Assembly (NCBI RefSeq): GCF_000014785.1
Contig: NC_008340.1
Location: forward strand, 690,001 to 722,000
Length of the DNA stretch: 32,000 nucleotides
From: Alkalilimnicola ehrlichii MLHE-1
Lineage (GTDB): Bacteria; Pseudomonadota; Gammaproteobacteria; Nitrococcales; Halorhodospiraceae
Direction: 5' to 3'
The position numbers were made by a program, and so were the translations under genes. Positions 7,261-14,042 of the stretch are shown here, one piece after another. Under the pieces are notes generated by a model. That model searched no databases. It was not told the DNA's origin and was given only the letters and a program-made list of their open reading frames with translations. Numbering within the stretch: position 1 is the stretch's first letter; every line of letters begins with the position of its first letter.

Positions 7261-8394
7261 TCATGGATGCATACGCACCTTTTGAAGTTTGCAGGATCTG
7301 CCGGCGGCGAGCAGCTCGGGGAGTTTGATGTCGGGGTCTTGCTCGCCGGCCTGCACCATGCGCCGGGCGGCGGCCTCCAGTTCGGGGCTGGGCGTGGCCC
7401 AGTCGTGCTCCGGGATGGGTTCGGACCAGGCCTGGATCTCGGGGGGAATGGGTGCGCGGCTCTGGTGGTATTCCCAGGTGGCCAGCCGGAAGGGCAGCTT
7501 CCAGAAGGTGATCAGGTGGTAGAGGTACCAGAAGAAGACGAAGACCCGGCTGGTGAAGCCATCACGAAGGTCTTCGTGGAGTTTCTTGCGGGCGATCTCG
7601 AGGGTGTGGACGCCGTCGTAGGGGAGGTGCTCCCTGGGGTCGATGGGCAAGCCGGAGAAGGTTTTCGTGGGCCGTTCGAGCGTGCCCGGCCCGTGATCCA
7701 TGTAGCGGCGGATGGCCTCCCACAGGCCCAGGGCCTCCTCGGGGAGCGAGGCGGGGAAGAGGGCGGTATAGGACTGTCCGGTTTCCGCGTCCTCGACGGT
7801 GAGGCCGAAGTTGTAGTGGGTCATGGCGCCGTAGGGGGTGGCGCCGCTGCTGGTGGCCATCCAGGCGGTGACGCGCTCGAACGGGGCGACGAGGGTTTGG
7901 CCGGTTTCGGGGTCGAAGCAGGCGACCTCCCGGCGCTGGCGATGGAAGCGCACCGGGGGATGCCGCCGGGCCTGCTTCATGCGGTCGACGAAGCCGTAGA
8001 GGAGGATCAGAAACAACAGGGTGCCGCCGAAAAGGCCGTAGGGGATGGAGACTATGGCGGCATAGAGGGCATTTGCCCAGAATGGTTCGCCATACACGAG
8101 TCCGGCCGCGCCGATAAGCATCGGTGCACCGAGCCCGATAAAGATCACGCCGATGAAGAAGGGCATGCCGATCATGACCTGGTGGGCTTGGGCGGTGTGG
8201 CGGCTGGAGTCCAGATCCAGGTAGGTCTGGTCGATGTGGACGAGGAACTGCTTCGGGTCCATGGGGCGCACCGGGAGCGGTAATGGCAGCGGCGCGAGGA
8301 CCAGCGCCTCGCCGGTGGCGAAGCGGCGCACGTCCCCGGCCCGGGGATGTCCGGAGAGGTCGGGGGCTTCGTTGGTGGGGGCGGGCTTGCTCAT
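7261..8394 (-). CDS. T6SS immunity-like inner-membrane protein, distal paralogue (377 aa)
   Basis: Start ATG overlaps the stop of the upstream paralogue (ATGA at 8391-8394). Two hydrophobic helices (MIGMPFFIGVIFIGLGAPMLIGAAGL and ALYAAIVSIPYGLFGGTLLFLILLYGF) plus a third hydrophobic stretch (RVFVFFWYLYHLITFW). Immunity function is inferred from position downstream of a membrane toxin. Confidence 0.75.
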   Translation of the reverse strand: MSKPAPTNEAPDLSGHPRAGDVRRFATGEALVLAPLPLPLPVRPMDPKQFLVHIDQTYLDLDSSRHTAQAHQVMIGMPFFIGVIFIGLGAPMLIGAAGLVYGEPFWANALYAAIVSIPYGLFGGTLLFLILLYGFVDRMKQARRHPPVRFHRQRREVACFDPETGQTLVAPFERVTAWMATSSGATPYGAMTHYNFGLTVEDAETGQSYTALFPASLPEEALGLWEAIRRYMDHGPGTLERPTKTFSGLPIDPREHLPYDGVHTLEIARKKLHEDLRDGFTSRVFVFFWYLYHLITFWKLPFRLATWEYHQSRAPIPPEIQAWSEPIPEHDWATPSPELEAAARRMVQAGEQDPDIKLPELLAAGRSCKLQKVRMHP

Positions 8395-9566
8395 GGTTTC
8401 CGTGGGGTCCGCTCGTTGTTGCCGTTGCCGTTGCCGTTGCCGCCGTCGTGGTCCGGGTGCCAGTCGGCGATGCCGGCGGCGAGCAGCTCGGGGAGTTTGA
8501 TGTCGGGGGCTTGCTCGCCGGCCTGCACCATGCGCCGGGCGGCGGCCTCCAGTTCGGGGCTGGGCGTGGCCCAGTCGTGCTCCGGGATGGGTTCGGACCA
8601 GGCCTGGATCTCGGGGGGAATGGGCGCGCGGCTCCGGTGGTATTCCCAGGTGGCCAGCCGGAAGGGCAGCTTCCAGAAGGTGATCAGGTGGTAGAGGTAC
8701 CAGAAGAAGACGAAGACCCGGCTGGTGAAGCCATCACGAAGGTCTTCGTGGAGTTTCTTGCGGGCGATCTCGAGGGTGTGGACGCCGTCGTAGGGGAGGT
8801 GCTCCCTGGGGTCGATGGGCAAGCCGGAGAAGGTTTTCGTGGGCCGTTCGAGCGTGCCCGGCCCGTGATCCATGTAGCGGCGGATGGCCTCCCACAGGCC
8901 CAGGGCCTCCTCGGGGAGCGAGGCGGGGAAGAGGGCGGTATAGGACTGTCCGGTTTCCGCGTCCTCGACGGTGAGGCCGAAGTTGTAGTGGGTCATGGCG
9001 CCGTAGGGGGTGGCGCCGCTGCTGGTGGCCATCCAGGCGGTGACGCGCTCGAACGGGGCGACGAGGGTCTGGCCGGTGTCGGGGTCGAAGCAGGCGACCT
9101 CCCGGCGCTGGCGATGGAAGCGCACCGGCGGATGCCGCCGGGCCTGCTTCATGCGGTGGAAAAAGCCGTGGAGGGCAATGAGAAACAACAGGGTGCCGCC
9201 GAAAAGGCCGTAGGGGATGGAGACAATGGCGGCATGCAGGGCGCTTGCCCAAAAGGTGTGGTCGGTCCCGAACGCGGTCGTGCCAATAAGCAACGGAAAA
9301 CCGAGCCCGATAAAGATCACGCCGATGAAGAAGGGCACGCCGATCATGACCTGGTGGGCTTGGGCGGTGTGGCGGCTGGAGTCCAGATCCAGGTAGGTCT
9401 GGTCGATGTGGACGAGGAACTGCTTCGGGTCCATGGGGCGCACCGGGAGCGGTAATGGCAGCGGCGCGAGGACCAGCGCCTCGCCGGTGGCGAAGCGGCG
9501 CACGTCCCCGGCCCGGGGGTGTCCGGAGAGGTCGGGGGCTTCGTTGGTGGGGGCGGGCTTGCTCAT
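8391..9566 (-). CDS. T6SS immunity-like inner-membrane protein, proximal paralogue (391 aa)
   Basis: The true start is MSKPAPTNEA at 9566, overlapping the toxin stop (ATGA at 9563-9566). The track's 586-aa version is an upstream extension over the toxin 3' end. Topology matches 7261..8394, but the tail is different (…IADWHPDHDGGNGNGNGNNERTPRKP). Confidence 0.75.
   Translation of the reverse strand: MSKPAPTNEAPDLSGHPRAGDVRRFATGEALVLAPLPLPLPVRPMDPKQFLVHIDQTYLDLDSSRHTAQAHQVMIGVPFFIGVIFIGLGFPLLIGTTAFGTDHTFWASALHAAIVSIPYGLFGGTLLFLIALHGFFHRMKQARRHPPVRFHRQRREVACFDPDTGQTLVAPFERVTAWMATSSGATPYGAMTHYNFGLTVEDAETGQSYTALFPASLPEEALGLWEAIRRYMDHGPGTLERPTKTFSGLPIDPREHLPYDGVHTLEIARKKLHEDLRDGFTSRVFVFFWYLYHLITFWKLPFRLATWEYHRSRAPIPPEIQAWSEPIPEHDWATPSPELEAAARRMVQAGEQAPDIKLPELLAAGIADWHPDHDGGNGNGNGNNERTPRKP
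8418..8441 (-). repeat. Hexanucleotide repeat (GTTGCC x4 on +, GGCAAC x4 on -) encoding (Gly-Asn)4 in the proximal paralogue tail
   Basis: Read directly as GTTGCCGTTGCCGTTGCCGTTGCC. It is in frame with 8391..9566. Confidence 0.85.
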
Positions 9567-12500
9567 GGTTTCTTCCCGGGTTGCAAGGGCACGGTCGGTG
9601 GGCTGCCGGTGGTCCACGCCCGCCCGGACAAGGGTTGGATGGGGCGTTCGGCCGAGCCGTCCTCTCGTCCGCCGGACAGGGCCTGGAAAAAGGTGGGCAC
9701 CGGGTCGGGGTTGAGGGTGTCCAGGTGGAAGTGGACCTCCCGCTCCAGGCCGGGGACCAACGCGGAGGGGTAGGTCAGGCGCAGGGAGAGGCCGGTCTGG
9801 GCGTTGAGTTCTTCCGGAAACAGCGGCAGGCGCAGGGTCGTGGGCGCGTCGGGCGATGCTTCGAGCTGCTCGGCGAGCGACTGGCTCCAGGGGGCCCACC
9901 ACTGGTCGGGGGCCTTGCGCAGGGCGGCCAGCCGCGCGGCACCGGCGGCGAGATCCTCCGGGGCCAGGTCCGGGATCACCAGTTCCAGTTCCGCCTGCCC
10001 GTCCACCCGGCGCAGGGTGAGCCGGGGTTCGACGAGGGCATTCACCCAGCGGCGCCGGTGGGTCTCCAGATCCAGCCCCGCATCGGCCACCCCCCAGGCG
10101 CTCTGCTCCAGCCAGGTGGCCAGCGCGTCGCGCTGGTTGCGGCGGTACCACCAGAGGCCGCCGAGATAGACGGGGGTGAAGAGCAGGCCGAGGAGGTTGA
10201 CGCGCACGAAGATGGCGACGAAGCGGGCGCTGCGGGTGGCCCAGGCGGCGGCGCTGAGTCCGCCCTCCTGGTAGGCGGAGACCACTAACGTGGTATTCCG
10301 CCAGAAGCCCCAGCCCTGGGTGGCGGTCAGCCCGCCGGACCCGGCCAGGGTGAGGGTGGCGGCGGCCAGGGCCTGGCCATCGCCCCGTTGCAGGGCGTCG
10401 CCCCAGCGGTGGAGGCTGCGGCCGGTCTCCGAGAGCGAAGCAAGAAAGCCCAGGCCGTACGCCCCGGTGCCCAGGTGCCCGGTGAGCCAGCCGAGGCGGG
10501 CGGCCACCGCGCCCCGGGCCATCTGGCTGCGCACCCGGGGTAGCTGCACCGCGAGCAGGCTGATGCCGATGCCCTGGGCGGCGGCGAAGGTGGGGGCCGC
10601 GGCATTGACTAAACCGCCAAGTACTGCCAACAGGTCGCGCAGGCCCCTTTGCTCTTTGTCGCGAAACTCGACGTACGCACTCCCCAGATTGCGCAACTGC
10701 AGCACCGCGATCACCACGGAAAGCCCGTCGCTGCGGAGCACGCGGCCGGCGTCGGCGCGGGTTTGCAGGGGGCGGCCGGCCCGGGCGTCGTCGGCCATGC
10801 GGCGGATCTCCCGGTGGGTGTCGGCGTCCAGCCCCCGCAACTGCAGGCCCACGCGGTTGTCCGTCCCCTTCAGGGGGTTGATGGCGCCGGCCAGGCGCCG
10901 TTCCACGTAAAGCAACTGACCGCGAATGCGCTCGCGGTATTGCTGCATATCCCGCCGGGTTTCCCGGTAGACCCTGGCGTCGATGACGCCCCGGCGGCGG
11001 CGTACCCCTTCGTCCTTCAGGCGGCGGTTCGCGCCGCGTAGCGCCTCGCGGAGGGCGAGGGCCTGGTCCACGTCGGCGTTGAAGCGCCGCACGTGGCGTT
11101 CCGTGGGCAGCTCGACGCTGGCGCCGTGTTCGGCGAACCCCCGCACCATGTCCAGCCAGGCGGCGCCGGGCACGCGGCGCAAGATGTCGTCGAGGTCGAG
11201 GTTGCCGCCGGCCTGGAATCGTTGCAGCGTTTCGTCCAGGGCCTGGGCGAAACGCAGTTCGCGGGCCGGCCGGAAGGTGGCACGGCGCAGCTCATCCAGC
11301 CCCATCGCCGTCTGCCCGAGCTCCCGGGCGGCGGGCAGGGCGTAGGTCTCCCGGATGGCCTGAAGCCGGAGCGCCAGTTGATGGAAGCTTTCGACGGTCT
11401 CGGGCGCCTGCAGGGTGCCGGCGGTTACGTAGGTCACCTGCGCGAGTTCTTCCAGCTCCCGGGCGGCCCGGCGCTGGTCGCCCGGGTGGAGCGTGTGGAA
11501 CAGCGGTTCGTTCCACTGGGGGTGGGCGTCGAGCCAGTCGGCGATGGACTCGGCGGCCTCGTCGGTGCGGCAGATGTCCCGCAGGCAGGCATACTCGGTG
11601 TACAGGGCCTGCTGGAGCTGGTCGTCGAGTGCGGGGTCGAAGTACCAGGCCGCCTCGTGGAAGTGGTTGGTCTCGACCAGGCGGACCCGGTCCTCGGTGA
11701 TGCGATCGAGCAGCGCGTGCCAGCGCCGCAGGTGCGCCCGGTGGGTGTCGAGGAAGTCGCCCATGGCGTCCCGCTCGACAAGCTCGAGCAGCCCCCTGGA
11801 GCCGAGCCCGGCACCCTGCAGCCGCGCCCGGAGGGCGTCGCGCTGCTCGTCGATCAGGTGCTGGTGGCGTTCCCGGAGCTCGGGGCCCAGGGTGTCCATC
11901 ATCTGCTGGCGGGCCTGGGCCACGCGGCGGTGGGCGGGCTCGGCGAACGGGTTGATGGCTTCGAGCAAGCCCTCGCCGCTGCCGAAGGCCCGCCGGGTCG
12001 ATGCCAGGAACCCGCCGGATTCGTGTTCCAGGCTGTTGAGGTAGTCGAGGATGGCGCGCTGCTGTGCTTCGCTGGTCTCCTCGCGCAACGCCCGGAAGCG
12101 GGGGTCATCCACAAAGCCCTCCTCGTCGAGCAGGAAGAGGGATTCGATGAACCCGCCGGCCACGTACCGGGTCTCGTGCTCTCGCGCCCAGCTATCCAGC
12201 CACCCGACCACGTGGTCCTGGTAATCGGCGAGCTCCTGGAGCAGGCCCAGGTCGTCGCGCAGTATCAGGCCGTACAGGCGCTCGTCCGGGACACCCTCCG
12301 GCGCCCAGTGCCCGAGCAGGTCGTCCAGCGTGGTGCGTTCGAAGGGTGCGGGGGGCGGCCCGGCGGGAAAGGCCGCCCCGTCTGTGTCCGAACCGCCTCC
12401 CCCGCCCGATTCGGCCGCCTTTGCCTCGGGTGGCGGCGGTGGCGGGGCCGTCCAGGGGTAGGGGTTTCGTTCCGCCTCCATGGGGCTCTCCGGCGTGCCG

Positions 12501-13240
12501 CTCGCGGGTGGCTCGTGCAGCTCCGCCACGGCCGGGCGGATCCGGTCGCTGGCGAGCAGCGGCTCCACGCTGGTCGGGTCGTCTCCGTCGAAGCCGGCAG
12601 CCGCCCGCGCCAGATCCACGGACTGCATGCGGCGGTTGCGCTCGCCCGGGTTCTCCAGCATGCGGTTGCATCGGGCGGCGCTCCACTGGGCCGTGGCATA
12701 GGCGGCCTGGAGACGAGCGGCGGAGCCGAAGGTGAGATGGGGCGCGCCCTGCGCCTTTTCGCGCCGGTCTTCGGTCACGCCCTCGACCCCATCGAGCAGC
12801 CGGGTCAGGGTCATCGCCTGCAGCCGGAATTCGTACAGCCGGAGTGGCTGCTCGCCGGGAGCGCGCGGTTGCTCGATCACGTAGAGGTACCCCTCCCGCG
12901 CAAGGCGCACGCCGATCGGCCGCGTGCCAAGCGGCGGATAGGGCGCCCGGATCCGGGCGCCGGCGATCGCCTCGGGTTCCACCAGGGCGTAGCGCAAGGG
13001 CAGCAGGGTGATCTGCTCGACCGCCACCTCGCACGGTGCGGGGTGGCAGACGTCGCCCGGTGCCCGGCTGTCCGAAAGGCGCTCGCGGTTCTCCGGAAGC
13101 CGAACCTGCTGCCCGGGGTAAATGCAGTCAGGGTGTTCGATGTCGGGGTTCAGGGTCATCAGGGTTGCCGGGGGCACGCCATGCTGCCGGGCAATGCCCC
13201 AGAGGGTGTCGCCGTCGCGTACGGTGTGTATGGCACTCAT
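9563..13240 (-). CDS. T6SS effector: N-terminal LysM + VasX / BTH_I2691-family-like N-region + C-terminal multi-helix membrane-insertion region (1225 aa)
   Basis: Start MSAIHTVRDGDTLWGIARQHGVPPATLMTLNP...GQQVRLP is a LysM domain, and its ATG overlaps the DUF4123 stop (ATGA at 13237-13240). C-x4-C then ITLLPLRYALV...REGYLYVIE matches the VasX N-terminal pattern. Residues about 838-1032 carry five hydrophobic, Gly/Ala-rich helices. The 212-aa upstream extension in the track overlaps the adaptor gene and is rejected. Confidence 0.8.
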   Translation of the reverse strand: MSAIHTVRDGDTLWGIARQHGVPPATLMTLNPDIEHPDCIYPGQQVRLPENRERLSDSRAPGDVCHPAPCEVAVEQITLLPLRYALVEPEAIAGARIRAPYPPLGTRPIGVRLAREGYLYVIEQPRAPGEQPLRLYEFRLQAMTLTRLLDGVEGVTEDRREKAQGAPHLTFGSAARLQAAYATAQWSAARCNRMLENPGERNRRMQSVDLARAAAGFDGDDPTSVEPLLASDRIRPAVAELHEPPASGTPESPMEAERNPYPWTAPPPPPPEAKAAESGGGGGSDTDGAAFPAGPPPAPFERTTLDDLLGHWAPEGVPDERLYGLILRDDLGLLQELADYQDHVVGWLDSWAREHETRYVAGGFIESLFLLDEEGFVDDPRFRALREETSEAQQRAILDYLNSLEHESGGFLASTRRAFGSGEGLLEAINPFAEPAHRRVAQARQQMMDTLGPELRERHQHLIDEQRDALRARLQGAGLGSRGLLELVERDAMGDFLDTHRAHLRRWHALLDRITEDRVRLVETNHFHEAAWYFDPALDDQLQQALYTEYACLRDICRTDEAAESIADWLDAHPQWNEPLFHTLHPGDQRRAARELEELAQVTYVTAGTLQAPETVESFHQLALRLQAIRETYALPAARELGQTAMGLDELRRATFRPARELRFAQALDETLQRFQAGGNLDLDDILRRVPGAAWLDMVRGFAEHGASVELPTERHVRRFNADVDQALALREALRGANRRLKDEGVRRRRGVIDARVYRETRRDMQQYRERIRGQLLYVERRLAGAINPLKGTDNRVGLQLRGLDADTHREIRRMADDARAGRPLQTRADAGRVLRSDGLSVVIAVLQLRNLGSAYVEFRDKEQRGLRDLLAVLGGLVNAAAPTFAAAQGIGISLLAVQLPRVRSQMARGAVAARLGWLTGHLGTGAYGLGFLASLSETGRSLHRWGDALQRGDGQALAAATLTLAGSGGLTATQGWGFWRNTTLVVSAYQEGGLSAAAWATRSARFVAIFVRVNLLGLLFTPVYLGGLWWYRRNQRDALATWLEQSAWGVADAGLDLETHRRRWVNALVEPRLTLRRVDGQAELELVIPDLAPEDLAAGAARLAALRKAPDQWWAPWSQSLAEQLEASPDAPTTLRLPLFPEELNAQTGLSLRLTYPSALVPGLEREVHFHLDTLNPDPVPTFFQALSGGREDGSAERPIQPLSGRAWTTGSPPTVPLQPGKKP

Positions 13241-14028
13241 CGGGCGCCCCCCAGAACCAGTCGCTCGAGCGTACGGATTCGCTTCCCGGACGGTTGCCCG
13301 ACGTCCAGGAGTACGGCGAGACAGTCCTTTTCTTCCAGCCGGGCTTCGTGGGCCGCCACGAGCGCGACGAAACGGGCTATCTCGGGCTCGTCGTGAAAGC
13401 GGTAGCGCTGCGCGCGCTCGATCAGCCGCGCGCAGCGGTGCTGGCCGCCCGGCTGGCCGGCCAGACCCGAAGCCCGGGCCACAGCCACCCGGAACAGCCA
13501 ACAGGCCTGGGCCCGTAGGTGAGTCATGTGGGCCTCGCTTAGCTGGAACCAGCCTTCGTCGCGCGGGCCGCGTGCCTGGCCCTGGGATGGCGCGCGGATG
13601 GTGATGTCGGTGCCGGGCAGGTGCCAGGCGGTGATCGGCCCACTGAAGGCACGGCGCTCTTCGTAGTCGAGCATGCAGAGCAATGGGACGAGCTGCCCGG
13701 GCGAATAGAAGCGACAGTAGGCGCCCTGCCCGGAAGGCAGTCGCACGCTGATCAGGCTGCGCAGGTGGTCGGCCACCACGGCCGGATCGGCCGGGGATTC
13801 GAGCAGGATGCCGTGATCCCGCCAGGTTTCCGGGGTGGCCAGGAGCGCGCTGCCGGGCGAGGGTTTGACCAGGCAAGGGCTCACGGTGATCGCCTCCTGG
13901 TGCCGGGTGCCAGCAAAGAGTCGCTCGAGTTCGGGGGCGTCATCGTGCTGGTAGGCGAGCCTGGGAGCGTCCGTGGTGGCACCGTCGAGCAGGATCAGAC
14001 CGTTTTCCGGGGTGCGGGTGATAGCCAT
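13237..14028 (-). CDS. DUF4123-family T6SS adaptor/chaperone (263 aa)
   Basis: LILLDGATTDAPRL near the N-terminus and AYCRFYSPGQLVPLLCMLDYEERRAFSGPITAW match the DUF4123 signature (LLDGA ... RFYDPRVL ... FGPI.W). It lies between vgrG and the effector, as vasW does in Vibrio cholerae. Start chosen at MAITRT (14028), 14 nt after the vgrG stop; the track start at 14124 would overlap vgrG by about 80 nt. Confidence 0.8.
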   Translation of the reverse strand: MAITRTPENGLILLDGATTDAPRLAYQHDDAPELERLFAGTRHQEAITVSPCLVKPSPGSALLATPETWRDHGILLESPADPAVVADHLRSLISVRLPSGQGAYCRFYSPGQLVPLLCMLDYEERRAFSGPITAWHLPGTDITIRAPSQGQARGPRDEGWFQLSEAHMTHLRAQACWLFRVAVARASGLAGQPGGQHRCARLIERAQRYRFHDEPEIARFVALVAAHEARLEEKDCLAVLLDVGQPSGKRIRTLERLVLGGAR

Positions 14029-14042
14029 ATCGGCGAGCTCAT

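Larger units (their letters stand above)
7299..9572. repeat. Tandem direct duplication: two 1102-bp copies (7299-8400 and 8471-9572), period 1172 bp
   Basis: By-eye alignment with no indels. There are roughly 7 mismatches across about 900 bp, plus one dense patch of several dozen differences in about 180 bp (7987-8166 versus 9159-9338). Each copy includes the AAACC-ATGA junction upstream of its start codon. Confidence 0.9.

Noticed and set aside
7171-9455. Two long plus-strand ORFs (370 and 390 aa), themselves near-duplicates
   Set aside because: They are antisense shadows of the two immunity-like genes. Their composition is low-complexity and Gly/Ala/Glu/Val-rich with no start context, and they are duplicated only because the underlying DNA is duplicated. 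The minus-strand products have coherent TM helices and coupled starts.
7299-9572. Possible CRISPR or other short-repeat array because of strong periodic repetition
   Set aside because: The period is 1172 bp and the repeats are whole coding genes. No short repeat-spacer structure exists anywhere in the window.
9567-10151. N-terminal 195-aa extension of the proximal immunity ORF (586-aa version in the track)
   Set aside because: The extension is Pro/Arg/Gly-rich and lies entirely over the 3' end of the toxin gene in another frame. The paralogue alignment and the ATGA junction place the real start at 9566.
11093-13396. 767-aa plus-strand ORF
   Set aside because: It is antisense to the effector gene, has low-complexity Gly/Ala/Val/Pro/Arg composition, and shows no recognisable motif.
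13241-13876. N-terminal 212-aa extension of the effector ORF (1437-aa version)
   Set aside because: It overlaps the DUF4123 gene in another frame and is Arg/Pro/Gly-rich. The LysM domain starts exactly at the Met whose ATG overlaps the adaptor stop.
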